From: an uncultured Phycisphaeraceae bacterium
GTDB lineage: Bacteria; Planctomycetota; Phycisphaerae; UBA1845
Reading direction: 5' to 3'
NCBI GenBank assembly: GCA_964494205.1
Contig: CAZBRD010000004.1
Location: 164,170 to 228,169, forward strand
Length of the DNA: 64,000 nucleotides
The position numbers and the translations under genes were made by a program. Below are positions 17,117 through 27,766 of the stretch, one piece after another. Position 1 is the stretch's first letter; each line of letters opens with the position of its first letter. The notes beneath the pieces are model-generated. The model ran no database searches and was not told where the DNA came from. It worked only from the letters and a program-made list of their open reading frames with translations.

Positions 17117-17944
17117 ATGAACTCAAGACCAACCACCCGGACAAGATCTGTTTCCGAACCCCCGCAGCAAACGTATCAACCCCCCCCGCTGACTCCCCTG
17201 GAAGAAGAAATCAATCGCCTGCAATCTCGACTCGACCGACTCAAAGCCGAAGTAGACCAAGCCCGCCGATTAGCCGTTCTAGGTTCCGTCACTATCAAAA
17301 TCGCACATGAGTTCCGCAATTGGACTACGCCTGTTTTGAATCGAGTGAAGATCGCACTCGAAACCAACAGCGAGGAAGACATACAAAAAGCGTTGAAGGT
17401 CACGCAAAACGCGGTGAAAGTCCTCTGCAACTTTGCGGAGCACATCCTCTCGCTCGGCTCCGCACGTCAGGCCAACCGTGAATCTGTTTGCCTACGCGAT
17501 GCGGTCGAATCAACCAGGAACGGCATGTGCCGCGAATTCGAAAAAGACGGGATCAAGTTTGTAAACGATGTGCCGGAACAAACACGAGTCTTCATCGATT
17601 CACTACAGATCCAGCAGGTCTTCTTCGTGCTCTTCAACAACGCACAAGATGCTTTCACGAAGTCGCGGAAAACCGGACGCGTCGTCGTCAATGCAGAGAG
17701 AAGCGGTGAACGCGTTTTGGTATCCATCAGAGATACGGGACCTGGAGTACCCAAGGAACTATTGGAACGGCTTTTTGAACCGTTCGAGACAAGCAAGAGC
17801 ATTCAAGATGGCAAAGGCAACATCGGCATCGGCCTCACTGTATGCCGCGAGCTCGTGGAGGAAAATGATGGTGTTATATCAGTAGCCAGCGAAGAAGGCG
17901 TAGGCACGACGTTTACGATCGACTTACCCGCTGGCCGCGCCTGA
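17117..17944 (+). CDS. Soluble histidine kinase (coiled-coil N-terminus, HisKA, HATPase_c)
   Basis: H-box IKIAHEFRNWTTPV. ATPase motifs FNNAQDA, RDTGPGVP, FEPFETSK and GIGLTVCRELVEENDG. Confidence 0.85.
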   Translation: MNSRPTTRTRSVSEPPQQTYQPPPLTPLEEEINRLQSRLDRLKAEVDQARRLAVLGSVTIKIAHEFRNWTTPVLNRVKIALETNSEEDIQKALKVTQNAVKVLCNFAEHILSLGSARQANRESVCLRDAVESTRNGMCREFEKDGIKFVNDVPEQTRVFIDSLQIQQVFFVLFNNAQDAFTKSRKTGRVVVNAERSGERVLVSIRDTGPGVPKELLERLFEPFETSKSIQDGKGNIGIGLTVCRELVEENDGVISVASEEGVGTTFTIDLPAGRA

Positions 17945-18053
17945 TCTTTCTTGTCGCAGTCGATGTAGCAGAATTAGCGGCGCGACCCGCTTTTGGCCTC
18001 GAATTTACATTATTAGTTACTTTGTGTCTTGGTGCCTTCGTGGTTCATCAAGA

Positions 18054-18353
18054 TCAAGACTTCGCCGCTTCCAGTTTTGCGATCTGCGTCGAGTCATCCA
18101 CGATCAGAAGTGTTTCTTCCCCATCAACCTTGCGCAGCACCAACCGCTTTAGCCATAGCTTGTCGTGCTTGCCGTGCGCGAACCAGCTACCCGTCGGTCG
18201 AACTACCCAATCCACGACCGTCCCCGCGACCTCGACCTCCATCGGACTCCCCCGCCGATCGATCTTTTGCCGCACGCAGACCGGTGTCCCCGGAGGAAAC
18301 TTGGCCTCGATCAACTGACTCCACTCTGCTTCTTGTTCAAACAAGTTTGACAT
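18054..18353 (-). CDS. Hypothetical small protein
   Basis: 99-aa ORF of non-repetitive composition. It lies 12 nt downstream of the HAD gene on the same strand. No recognisable motif. Confidence 0.45.
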   Translation of the reverse strand: MSNLFEQEAEWSQLIEAKFPPGTPVCVRQKIDRRGSPMEVEVAGTVVDWVVRPTGSWFAHGKHDKLWLKRLVLRKVDGEETLLIVDDSTQIAKLEAAKS

Positions 18354-18365
18354 TGGTTTACGTGC

Positions 18366-19079
18366 TTACAAGGCCGCCTCTGCAAACTCCATGAGAGACC
18401 CAAACGTCCCCATCGGTTTCACATCTTGCCGCGCGGAGTCGTTGTATCGATTGATCCACACAAAGGCAAGCCCAAGCTCTTTCGCCGGAATCCCATCGTG
18501 GTATTGACTCTGCGCCACGTGCACCACTTCGTCGCGCGAAGCATGTTGCTCCAGCATTCGCCGAAAGTGCGCATGATTCGGCTTATACGCCCGTACATCT
18601 TCCGCAGCCACCAGAAAATCGATCGGCACCTCCAACAATTTCGCGGTCCCCGCGAACAGATCCCGATCGATGTTCGACAGCACGCCTAACTTGAATCGCG
18701 TCTTTAACTTCCTGAGCGCCGCCACCGTATCTGCAAACGGGGGCCATGTCGTCAACGAATCGGCAAACTTCGGTCGCCAACCCTCGCGGAATTTCAACCC
18801 GCGACGCGTCACAGCCCTCTCGCACGATTCCGCCAGCACCTCGCGATATTTGCGATACGGTTCAGCCTCGACCTCAGCCTCCGCTCGCAAATACTCCTCG
18901 AACAATTCATCAAGCTGCTCACGCTTCGCGTCAACGACACCCGCATCAATCGCCCGCCGCAGCCCAGTCTTCCAATCGATCAACGTGCCGTAGCAATCAA
19001 GCGTCAGCACTCTCGCGCGTGCGATGGCGTTAGCGAACTCGTTCATCGGATTCCCTTTCAGCGATGCGAGTATATTCAT
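18366..19079 (-). CDS. HAD-superfamily hydrolase (haloacid dehalogenase type II-like)
   Basis: Motif I LTLDCYGTLIDW, a later SNID.., and YKPNHAHF. The start may instead be the internal Met at 19046. Confidence 0.75.
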   Translation of the reverse strand: MNILASLKGNPMNEFANAIARARVLTLDCYGTLIDWKTGLRRAIDAGVVDAKREQLDELFEEYLRAEAEVEAEPYRKYREVLAESCERAVTRRGLKFREGWRPKFADSLTTWPPFADTVAALRKLKTRFKLGVLSNIDRDLFAGTAKLLEVPIDFLVAAEDVRAYKPNHAHFRRMLEQHASRDEVVHVAQSQYHDGIPAKELGLAFVWINRYNDSARQDVKPMGTFGSLMEFAEAAL

Positions 19080-19582
19080 TCTCGCGCGATTTCAAATCTA
19101 TCCTCGCAATTTGAACGTATTGCAGGATTACGCAACGAAATGTCCGTGCCAATGCCCCTCCGTGCTAAACGTCCCAAATGCATCCCGTTGATCAGATATG
19201 ATTTTCCATGCGACCGGAAATAAGGCGATCCAAATCGTTCTTACAGCCGTTCCCGACCGATAGACCTTGAAATCGTGAAAAATCGACCCGCAACTTCAGA
19301 AACCGTTTGGCGCGGCTGGGCATCGTATTGAATACTTCGGTTACCAATCGGCCTCTTCCTCCTTCTCTGAACGGGGCCTTCGCCGGCGGGGCGACGATGT
19401 CCTGCCGGCGACGGCTCCCATAGGTTTCACGCCATTCGCACAAATCAATCTCAATCTCTGACACTTTCACACACGTCCACTATTGCTAACGGATCGCGTT
19501 GGCGGTTGTCTATCTGCACATCAATTCCGGCACGCTCGGGCGGTGTCGGGCAATGGCATCATATTGTGCAAAGGAGAATGCG

Positions 19583-19822
19583 ATGCGTCGTTTGGCAATG
19601 CTTGGTTTGGCGGTGCTGGTAATCGGTTCCAATCTCGGCTGCGTAGTGGCGATGGGCAACAAAGGGAGCTTCCAAGCCCAGTGCGGAGACCGATATCCGG
19701 TCGTGGTGAACGGCGAGGTCTATCTCGTTGACGTTGACAAGGCCACCACATGCAAGGTACCGCTGAGCAGCGGTCCTTGCGCGGTGGCGAACTGCGACGA
19801 TCATGATCACGACGGGAAGTAA
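19583..19822 (+). CDS. Small putative lipoprotein
   Basis: The ATG at 19583 is preceded by aaggaga. Signal MRRLAMLGLAVLVIGSNLGC. A strong terminator follows. Confidence 0.6.
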   Translation: MRRLAMLGLAVLVIGSNLGCVVAMGNKGSFQAQCGDRYPVVVNGEVYLVDVDKATTCKVPLSSGPCAVANCDDHDHDGK

Positions 19823-19856
19823 TTGACCTAAGCAAGCCGCAGCGAGTTAGTAGGAC

Positions 19857-19891
19857 AAATGCCCGCCAAGTTTCGGCGGGCATTTTTGTTT
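19857..19891 (+). terminator. Intrinsic terminator
   Basis: aaatgcccgcc-aagtttc-ggcgggcattt followed by ttgtttg. Confidence 0.8.
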
Positions 19892-19962
19892 GTCATTTCT
19901 GCTCCCGAAAAATGGCTCTAATGAGCTTGCGGATTGCGCTTTGTGGGCATATCAAACAAGGC

Positions 19963-20850
19963 ATGAACGATCGAAAAATTGGAGTCATCGGGACCGGCAT
20001 CATGGGAGCGCCTATGGCGCGGAATCTGATGCGCGCGGAGTTCGAAGTCGCTGTGCACAATCGTACGCGGGCGAAGGCTGAGCCGGTGTTGAAAGATGGA
20101 GCACGATGGTGCGATTCACCACGGGCCGTAGCTGAGTGCTGTGACGTAATCATCTCAATGGTGAGCGACTCGCCGGATGTGGAACGAGTTTTTCTAGCGG
20201 ATGACGGCGCGTGCGCGGGCTTGAAGAAGGGCGCGCTATGCATCGACATGTCAACGATTTCGCCCGAAACCGCCAAGATTGTCGCAGGAAAAGTTGAATC
20301 GCGCGGCGGACGGTTTTTGGATGCACCGGTCTCAGGCGGAAAAACAGGTGCAGAGGCCGGGACGCTGGTCATTATGGTCGGCGGAGACGAAGCGGATGTG
20401 CATCGCGCGGAACCGGTGTTCAAAGCCATGGGCAAGACCATCGTGCATTGCGGGCCCGTTGGCACGGGACAACTCACGAAGTTGTGCAATCAAATCCTCT
20501 GCGCCGTGAACTTGCTCGGCGTAAGCGAAGCCATGGTCTTCGCTCGAAAGGTTGGGCTGGACCCGACAAAAGTTCTGCAGGCCGTATCAGCCGGGGCAGC
20601 CGGTTCGTGGGCATTGTCAAACCTCGGGCCACGAATGATCTCGCGCGATTTCGCCCCGATGTTTATGGTAGACTTGCAGCAGAAGGATTTGCGGATAGCG
20701 CTATCCGTAGCCCAACAAACTTTGGTGCCGCTCTCTGGCACCGCCGTTGCATCACAAATGCTCGCATCCAATCAGGCCCACGGCGAAGGCCGCGAGGGTA
20801 CTCAGGCAATGGTGAAAACGATTGAACGGTTGGCCCAAATGAAGAGTTAG
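19963..20850 (+). CDS. NAD(P)-dependent beta-hydroxyacid dehydrogenase (3-hydroxyisobutyrate / 2-hydroxy-3-oxopropionate reductase family)
   Basis: Rossmann motif KIGVIGTGIMGAPMARNL, followed by DAPVSGG..GAEAGTL.IMVGG and GTGQLTKLCNQ. The start was chosen at the Met before the Rossmann fold. Confidence 0.85.
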   Translation: MNDRKIGVIGTGIMGAPMARNLMRAEFEVAVHNRTRAKAEPVLKDGARWCDSPRAVAECCDVIISMVSDSPDVERVFLADDGACAGLKKGALCIDMSTISPETAKIVAGKVESRGGRFLDAPVSGGKTGAEAGTLVIMVGGDEADVHRAEPVFKAMGKTIVHCGPVGTGQLTKLCNQILCAVNLLGVSEAMVFARKVGLDPTKVLQAVSAGAAGSWALSNLGPRMISRDFAPMFMVDLQQKDLRIALSVAQQTLVPLSGTAVASQMLASNQAHGEGREGTQAMVKTIERLAQMKS

Positions 20851-20999
20851 GCGCGGCGGGTGGAACCCGCCCTACCGCGGCGCTTCGAAAAGTTTCGTTC
20901 TCACGAAAGCACTTCAGATAACATTGTCGTAAATATCGACTCGCAATTTCTCGGCTCACGCCCCTCGAAGGCACCGCTCAATTCCGCTACCGTGCGGTC

Positions 21000-22760
21000 A
21001 TGCATGAACTTCCGCTCATTACAACCGTTGCGGCGGCGTTTACCGGGGCGTGGGTGCTGGGTTTGGCGACGCAGTGGCTGCGGCTATCGCCGATCGTCGG
21101 TTATTTGCTGGCCGGAGTCCTGATCGGGCCTTACACGCCCGGTTTCGTAGGTGATCTGCACATCGCTCACCAATTAGCCGAAGTCGGCGTGATTCTGCTG
21201 ATGTTCGGCGTCGGGTTGCATTTCCATCTCAAGGACCTGCTTTCGGTCAAGGGCGTCGCGATCCCGGGGGCGATTGGCCAGAGCGTGATCGCCACCGTCG
21301 TCGCCGTGCTGATTTTTTCCGCCTTCGGTATGCCGCCGAAAACGGGTGCCGTCCTCGGCATGGCCATGGCCGTCGCCAGCACGGTCGTGCTCATGCGCGT
21401 GCTGATGGACGCAGACGTGCTCAACGCGCCGCAAGGCCACGTAGCCGTCGGATGGCTGATCGTAGAAGACATCTTCACTGTGGTGTTGCTGGTGCTTATC
21501 CCTGTGCTCGGTACTACCCCAGAGGCCGCAGAGCATGCAACAACGCCGACGAACTCCAGTTTTCTATACGCGCTCGGAATAGCACTCCTGAAGCTCGGAG
21601 CATTGGTAGCCATAGTTTTGATCGCCGGTGCGCGGGTGGTTCCCTGGGTTCTGGTGCGAGTCGCGCGACTTCGTTCGCGGGAGCTTTTCACGCTGACCGT
21701 GCTTGTTTTCTCAATCGCGATTGCTGCAGGGTCTTATTTCTATTTTGGCGTGTCGATGGCGTTAGGGGCATTCCTCGCAGGCATGGTCGTCGCACAATCG
21801 CCCGTAAGTCACCAAGCCGCCGCCGATGCACTTCCCATGCGCGACGCATTTGCTGTTCTCTTCTTCGTGTCCGTCGGGATGATCTTTGATCCATCGATTC
21901 TGCTGCGGGAACCGCTCATGGTGGCTGCGGCGTTGGGAATCATTCTGATCGTGAAACCCCTGGCTGCATTGGCGATCGTTGCGGTCCTTGGATACTCCGC
22001 GAAAACGGCGCTGACAGTAGCACTCGGCCTTGCCCAAATCGGTGAGTTTTCGTTCATCCTCTCGGAACTGGCGCGTCGCCATGGTTTGATGGAGGACGCG
22101 GGCCACAGCGTTCTCGTCGCCTCCGCGATCATTTCGATCACGTTGAATCCCGTTTTGTTTCGCTCACTTCCGAGATTGGAAGCGTGGTTGAAGACACGAC
22201 CGATACTCTGGAAATTACTAAATGGCCGAGCCGAACGACGGGCTGCCGGATCGAAGTTGATTCAAACGATCGACGCAGAAGACTTCGACAACAGTAAAGC
22301 CGGACGCGCCATCGTCATTGGATACGGTCCCGTCGGCCGCTCCGTTCATCGATTGTTGCAAGAGGCCAATCTGCACACAGTCGTCATCGATATGAACCTG
22401 GACACAGTGTCGGAGCTGAAACGCGAAGGCCAAGCCGCAATCTTCGGCGATGCCTCGCACGAAAGCATCTTGGAACAAGCGGGAGTCAAAGGTGCTGCAC
22501 ATCTGGTCGTCACACTTCCCAACGCAGCCGATCGAAGTGCGATCGTGGCTGCGGTTCGAAACCTGAACCCAACGGTCCGCATACTCGCGCGGGCACGATA
22601 TCTGCGAGAAAGGGAAGAGCTCGAAAAGTCGGGTGTTTCAGCCGCCGTGTTTGAAGAAGCTGAAGCAGCCGTCGCGCTCGCGAGACTAGTGCTTGCGGAT
22701 ATGGTGATGCCGGCGGGTGGAACCCGCCCTATAGATTCTGCGGGTTATTACACCGGTTGA
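21000..22760 (+). CDS. CPA2 cation:proton antiporter with a C-terminal RCK/TrkA-N domain (KefB/KefC/YbaL-like)
   Basis: About 12 TM segments with a typical Na_H_Exchanger pattern (LGYLLAGVLIGP...LLMFGVGLHF). NAD-binding fold IVIGYGPVGRSV. The last ~17 codons run through a GGCGGGTGGAACCCGCC repeat copy. Confidence 0.85.
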   Translation: MHELPLITTVAAAFTGAWVLGLATQWLRLSPIVGYLLAGVLIGPYTPGFVGDLHIAHQLAEVGVILLMFGVGLHFHLKDLLSVKGVAIPGAIGQSVIATVVAVLIFSAFGMPPKTGAVLGMAMAVASTVVLMRVLMDADVLNAPQGHVAVGWLIVEDIFTVVLLVLIPVLGTTPEAAEHATTPTNSSFLYALGIALLKLGALVAIVLIAGARVVPWVLVRVARLRSRELFTLTVLVFSIAIAAGSYFYFGVSMALGAFLAGMVVAQSPVSHQAAADALPMRDAFAVLFFVSVGMIFDPSILLREPLMVAAALGIILIVKPLAALAIVAVLGYSAKTALTVALGLAQIGEFSFILSELARRHGLMEDAGHSVLVASAIISITLNPVLFRSLPRLEAWLKTRPILWKLLNGRAERRAAGSKLIQTIDAEDFDNSKAGRAIVIGYGPVGRSVHRLLQEANLHTVVIDMNLDTVSELKREGQAAIFGDASHESILEQAGVKGAAHLVVTLPNAADRSAIVAAVRNLNPTVRILARARYLREREELEKSGVSAAVFEEAEAAVALARLVLADMVMPAGGTRPIDSAGYYTG

Positions 22761-22762
22761 TA

Positions 22763-23857
22763 CTACAGGTTCTTCAACCGCTGTTCCTTATCATATGTCT
22801 GCAACGCACCAACGAGTTCATCCAGATCACCCTGCATGATTTTTTCGAGCGTGTAGAGGTCGAGATTTATGCGGTGGTCTGAAACGCGGTTTTGCGGGTA
22901 GTTGTACGTGCGGATGCGCTCGGAGCGGTCGCCGCTGCCGATCATTGATTTTCGGGCGGAGTCGCGCTCAGCCATTGTTTTCTGCCGTTGGGCATCAAAA
23001 AGTCGCGTGAGCATCAATCGGCGAGCTTTGGCGCGGTTCTTGTGCTGACTCTTTTCATCGCGCATCGAGACGGTGACGCCGGTGGCTTTGTGAACGAGGC
23101 GAATAGCTGACGAAACCTTGTTGACGTTCTGTCCACCTGGACCACCTGCTCGCGAGATGAACTCCTCCACGTCGGTGTCCCAATTGACTTCGATGTTGAT
23201 CTCTTCGGGTTCAGGCAGAACAGCCACAGTGGCTGCTGATGTATGGATGCGGCCTTGTGCTTCGGTTTCCGGAACGCGCTGAACGCGGTGCCCGCCGCTT
23301 TCGTAACCGAGGAGCATGAAGGCTTCGGGACCTTTGACGCTCATCGTAACTTCCTTGAGCCCGCCGATTTCGCCGCCGCCTTGATCCAATACTTCGACGA
23401 CGAGTCCCTTTTTCTGGCAGAAGCGCAGATACATTTCGTAAAGGTCGCGAGCGAAGAGCGCGGCTTCATCGCCGCCGACACCCGCGCGGATTTCAAGGAT
23501 CACGGATTCGATGGCTGCGTCTTCGTCAGAGACGATCGCGCCTTTGAGCGAATCGAGCAGTTCCGTGTGTTGCTGTTGAAGTGGTTCGATCTCGGCCTCG
23601 GCGAGGGAGCGCATCTCGGGGTCCTGCGTCTTATCCGCCAGCATCGTCTGGGCTTCTTCGAGATCGGCGTGGATTTTCTTGAACGTGCGAAACGGATCGA
23701 CAAGACGACGCAGGCGTCCCAACTCTTTGGCGATGGCGATGCTCTTGTTCGGGTTGGTGGCAACTTCGGGATCGCCAAGTTGATCGGTGAGAGAGTCGTG
23801 CTTCTGCAACAACTCTTCGAGTTTGGATACGAGGCGATTTTCAACTTCCGTGAGCAT
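22763..23857 (-). CDS. prfA: Peptide chain release factor 1
   Basis: GGQ motif SRAGGPGGQNVNKV. RF1-type tripeptide region QRVPETEAQGRIHTSAATVAVLPE. Typical length of 364 aa. Confidence 0.95.
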   Translation of the reverse strand: MLTEVENRLVSKLEELLQKHDSLTDQLGDPEVATNPNKSIAIAKELGRLRRLVDPFRTFKKIHADLEEAQTMLADKTQDPEMRSLAEAEIEPLQQQHTELLDSLKGAIVSDEDAAIESVILEIRAGVGGDEAALFARDLYEMYLRFCQKKGLVVEVLDQGGGEIGGLKEVTMSVKGPEAFMLLGYESGGHRVQRVPETEAQGRIHTSAATVAVLPEPEEINIEVNWDTDVEEFISRAGGPGGQNVNKVSSAIRLVHKATGVTVSMRDEKSQHKNRAKARRLMLTRLFDAQRQKTMAERDSARKSMIGSGDRSERIRTYNYPQNRVSDHRINLDLYTLEKIMQGDLDELVGALQTYDKEQRLKNL

Positions 23858-24074
23858 GGGTTGTTATCCGTGAACAAGTGCCACGAGCTTGGCATTGTGC
23901 CCATCGCGGTCTGGTCAATTACAGTTCATATCGGTTGAGCGTTTGAAGTTTCGCTACTGTCTGAATCATCCGGGCCCTGATATTTCTTAACCTATAGTCG
24001 CAGCCACTCATGTTACTTTGCTTGCGGAAAGGGCTCTGCTACGCACACAAATCAAATAGCGAACACCGTTCAGG

Positions 24075-24112
24075 CAAAAAAACACGCGCGCCGGTTTGAA
24101 TCGGACGCGCGT
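24075..24112 (-). terminator. Intrinsic terminator after rpmE
   Basis: The minus strand reads cacgcgcgtccgattcaaaccggcgcgcgtg followed by ttttttt. Confidence 0.7.
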
Positions 24113-24136
24113 GAGCTTGAGATTCGTATTTCGATG

Positions 24137-24391
24137 CTAACGACGAGCGGGCTTAGCCGGCTCCTTCTTGGGCTTGGCTGCAAAGTACTCGCCTCCGAAC
24201 TTCTTGGTGAAACGATCGACGCGACCCAACGTGTCGAGGATCTTGCCGCCGCTGCCATCCTTGAAAAACGGGTGGCAGGACGAGCAGATTTCGACCTTGA
24301 TCTCAGGCTGCGTGCTGCGCGTCTCCCAGGATGAACCGCAACCACAATGGACTTTGCAAGCGACGTACTTCGGATGGATGTTCTTTTTCAT
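24137..24391 (-). CDS. rpmE: 50S ribosomal protein L31 (Cys-containing, Zn-ribbon type)
   Basis: MKKNIHPKYVACKVHCGCGSSWETRST...ICSSCHPFF. The start is at the internal Met of the track ORF. Confidence 0.93.
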   Translation of the reverse strand: MKKNIHPKYVACKVHCGCGSSWETRSTQPEIKVEICSSCHPFFKDGSGGKILDTLGRVDRFTKKFGGEYFAAKPKKEPAKPARR

Positions 24392-24646
24392 GGCAATTCT
24401 CTCGTTTTCTCGCCGACGTGGCGAGCGAAGTAGTATAGCGGGGGAACGATGCAATTCAAGGACCAACGGGTTGCAAGTGTCGACCGAAGAAAAGATGGCC
24501 TCCGCGATTCAAAGTGCCGAATGGCGAATATTAACCGACGAGAAACCGACCCTCAGCCAAAAGAAGCGGGCAACCGTAATCGGTTGCCCGCGAGAGAGTT
24601 AGGCTATTTTCACGATGGCAAGCGAACTCGCCGACGATCATTCCTT

Positions 24647-25792
24647 TTACGGAACCAGACCAGTGCCAACGCAGTCTTCGTATTCGGCTCGCTGGCCAAT
24701 CTGACCGAAGCTGTGGGCTGACAGGTGAGTCTCAACGCGCGGGGCTGGGAGCGTGTCTTTCTGCCAACCGTCGCCGCGGACGATGATGCACTTGATGTCT
24801 TCCCAGTTACGGCCTTCGGGAGAATCATCGAACCATTCCCAGCGATAGTGGGCTGTGTAACCCTGAGCATCCGGCGGGCCAACTACGACCTTCTGGTACG
24901 CGCCGTGCCCATCAGTGAAAACACGGTTGTATGTCCAGTTCTGGTTGTGCCATCCGCGCATTTGTTTGGTCGGACCTACACTGATGCCTTCAGTGTCATC
25001 ACACGGGTCGTTCTTGGCAGCCCACGCCCAGCGACCGATGTTCTCTTCAAAAAAGAGAGTGCGCGACGGATTCGGAATTCGTGACATCGGGCGCATGTAA
25101 GGCGAGTTGCTGAAAATCGGCTTCGGTTGCAAGTAGTGAACCTGGACATCGTTCCACGGATTGAATGTCATGAAAATGTTCGCGGCGTAACTGGTGCCAA
25201 AGTGATCGTACGATGAACGCTCGCCTTTGTCCGCGTTGATCCAATCCGCGCAGTGGCCGGCTCGCGGTGGTCCGTCGTCGCCCGGGCACTTGTATAGATC
25301 AAGATCAAGCTTTGTGTCTCTAAGGGCACCAGTCAAATTAAACGGCGCGCGATAGTTTTCCAAACCTTGCGGATAGAGCAGATCGTTGAGCGGGCGCTCA
25401 GCGGGACCGAAGCCGTACTTCGTTCCGAACCGCCTGCTGTTTTCCGGTTTTGCAGGACCATTGTACGGTCCGCCAACGCCGGCCTTTCCGCCCCACTGAT
25501 AAGCACCGATGAACGAAATATTCGACGGCGTCTGCAACTGGAATGCCCAGTGATATGGAATTCCCCAGCCGTTGGGGTCGTCCGCCTCGTACGCCTTAGC
25601 GGTTGTTCCGATGTTCTTGATATGATTCAAGCACACCGATCGCTTGCCTTGATTGCGCGCGCTCTGCAACGAAGGCAGCAGGATGGAAATCAGCAGCGCA
25701 ATGATGGCAATGACGACAAGCAATTCAATAAGGGTGAACGCGCTTTGTTTGGACTTCCTACTCTTGACGAAGGATGAATAACGATCCGACAT
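24647..25792 (-). CDS. Prepilin-type N-terminal domain protein (DUF1559 family)
   Basis: [46 protein letters not shown]. The ATG at 25792 is preceded by ggagg. C-terminal motif TDGHG. Confidence 0.85.
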   Translation of the reverse strand: MSDRYSSFVKSRKSKQSAFTLIELLVVIAIIALLISILLPSLQSARNQGKRSVCLNHIKNIGTTAKAYEADDPNGWGIPYHWAFQLQTPSNISFIGAYQWGGKAGVGGPYNGPAKPENSRRFGTKYGFGPAERPLNDLLYPQGLENYRAPFNLTGALRDTKLDLDLYKCPGDDGPPRAGHCADWINADKGERSSYDHFGTSYAANIFMTFNPWNDVQVHYLQPKPIFSNSPYMRPMSRIPNPSRTLFFEENIGRWAWAAKNDPCDDTEGISVGPTKQMRGWHNQNWTYNRVFTDGHGAYQKVVVGPPDAQGYTAHYRWEWFDDSPEGRNWEDIKCIIVRGDGWQKDTLPAPRVETHLSAHSFGQIGQRAEYEDCVGTGLVP

Positions 25793-26016
25793 TATTAGAC
25801 CTCCGGGCACGTGAGTGCCAGATTCAGGCACCTGGACTTGGAGGCTTCCCCGATCCCGACACCAGGCCAATCCGCCTCCCCAGTACCACAAAGGCTGAAT
25901 GTATCAGACCTTGCTGTTCTTGCACAATGGGGAAACAGAGGTTTTGACAAAACGCGCAAAGATTTCACATCTATGGTTTGTGCAAATGCACAAGATTCGT
26001 GCCAGAGCTGATTTTG

Positions 26017-26790
26017 TCAGCGCACAGGCGCAGGCTGTGAGTTTTTTGTAACCGACTCGACCCGACGCTCCTCCACCAGCGCGCTGAACAGCATCAGCGT
26101 TTTGTTGCTGATCTTCGCGGAGATCGTGCTGCACAGCTCTTCGATTTCCCACACACCGTCACGCAGTTGCTTGTCGGTCACGTCTCGACCGACGAAAGCC
26201 GCGACAGCCGAAATCAGAGTAAGCATATCGAGGCAGTAATCCAGGTATTTTCCCATCAGGAATGCGCTCGTGCCGATGGCGCCTAGTTCGGGCGTAACTT
26301 CCGTGCTGCGATCGTCGGGACGAACGACTCGCTCGGGGTCTTTGTGCATCTGAAGAAGTTGCGTGACGTGAACGAGGTCGCGAAGCCTGCCAAGAAAAAG
26401 CAACATGCGGCGACGTTTGATCCACGGTTCGATACGGAATAGAAAGAACGCACCGATGGAGAGAAAGATGACATCGTTAATCCCCGACTCTACAAGCTGC
26501 GCGAGGTCGACGAGGCTGGCGGGTTTGTAATTCAGGTTTAGTTGATACACCGCGAATATGAGCCCTCCGGCGATGGCCAACGCTATGACGACGAACACCA
26601 AGCGCAACGCCATGAAGCGCCGGCAATAGGCTCGGGTTTCCGATGGCGCGTTGCCGACAAGGACGCGAAGCCACGACGCGTTATTGAGCAGACTTGATGT
26701 CGGAAAGCGAGCGCGGATACGCGACTCAAGTGAGGCCGCCGCATCGGCAAGCCCCTTGGCCCCAATTGAAATCTCGATGGTCTGATCCAT
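26017..26790 (-). CDS. Hypothetical membrane protein
   Basis: 257-aa ORF with at least two clear TM segments (LRLVFVVIALAIAGGLIFAVY and VIFLSIGAFFLF). No recognised motif. Confidence 0.55.
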   Translation of the reverse strand: MDQTIEISIGAKGLADAAASLESRIRARFPTSSLLNNASWLRVLVGNAPSETRAYCRRFMALRLVFVVIALAIAGGLIFAVYQLNLNYKPASLVDLAQLVESGINDVIFLSIGAFFLFRIEPWIKRRRMLLFLGRLRDLVHVTQLLQMHKDPERVVRPDDRSTEVTPELGAIGTSAFLMGKYLDYCLDMLTLISAVAAFVGRDVTDKQLRDGVWEIEELCSTISAKISNKTLMLFSALVEERRVESVTKNSQPAPVR

Positions 26791-26805
26791 TCGCGTGGCG
26801 AGAGT

Positions 26806-27300
26806 CTACTTGGAATCAGCGTTCCACATGTCGTGGATCGCTTTCCACGTGTTATCTTTTTGCAACTTCCACGTGCACAAATATTTTCCCTTTTCAGTGA
26901 CTTGCTTTCCGTCTGGCCCCTTAAGAGATGCTTCGTATGTTCCCGCGGTGAAGCCCAGATCGCCGCTCTTAGCCACTTCGGCGTACGTTGTTTTCCAAGA
27001 GATGTCGAACGTCGGGTCGGCGAAGTACGCCGCCCAGACTTTCTTGGCAGCCGCCCGACCAACGGAGACTGGCTCGTTGGGTGGGTACGCGACGGCGTCC
27101 TCAGCGTAAAAGGATGCCACTTTTGCGGCGTCGCGCGTTGCGGCCGTTTTCGACCAGTCGTCGTCAAGTTTCGCCAACGCCTTGCCGCCCGCGTCGATTT
27201 CGGAGGCAGCGGAGGCCGATCGCAGATAGGCCGACGCGCCAACAGCAGTCACAACGAGCAACGAACAGGGGATGAGACGGCTTATCGAAATTCGGTTCAT
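26806..27300 (-). CDS. Secreted SnoaL-like / DUF4440 (NTF2-fold) protein
   Basis: Signal peptide followed by LDDDWSKTAATRDAAKVASFYAEDAVAYPPN...GKYLCTWKLQKDNTWKAIHDMWN, the typical DUF4440 pattern. Confidence 0.7.
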   Translation of the reverse strand: MNRISISRLIPCSLLVVTAVGASAYLRSASAASEIDAGGKALAKLDDDWSKTAATRDAAKVASFYAEDAVAYPPNEPVSVGRAAAKKVWAAYFADPTFDISWKTTYAEVAKSGDLGFTAGTYEASLKGPDGKQVTEKGKYLCTWKLQKDNTWKAIHDMWNADSK

Positions 27301-27766
27301 TTTCCTGGCTCCTCGAAGAGTGATTGGTTCGCTACTTGTCGAATGGCGAAGCGATCATTCGCAACACCGTCTCCGCACGAGTTTTCGAGGGGCATTCTAC
27401 TCGGCCATCGAAACGTATCTACAAGCGATGAGAAGTAGCGCATTCCGGTGGTTGGTCCGGAAGGTCGAGACAATTATTGAGATTCTCGCTCCCGCCAGTG
27501 CACCTCGGTGGTCCTGAAATCACTCTCGTTGCTCAGTGTTCCGCGAAGGCATGGAAGAGCAACCCTTCGTGTGAGCCCCCAAAGCACCGCTTCCTAGCCC
27601 TTGGACAAGTAATCGCCGATGAGTCGAAAATAGAGCCGGATCTGAACCTGACCCTTTCATTTCAGGCGTGGAACGCCTTTGTTCAACACCGGCACGGCGA
27701 TATGATTATTCCCCAAGCCGATAAGAAACGGGGTCGAATAACCAACAAAGCAAGGAAATACGCCTC

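Noticed and set aside
19192-19470. 92-aa minus-strand ORF in the 500-bp spacer between the HAD gene and the small lipoprotein gene.
   Set aside because: It has no RBS, no motif, and a composition unlike neighbouring genes. The evidence is insufficient to call a CDS.
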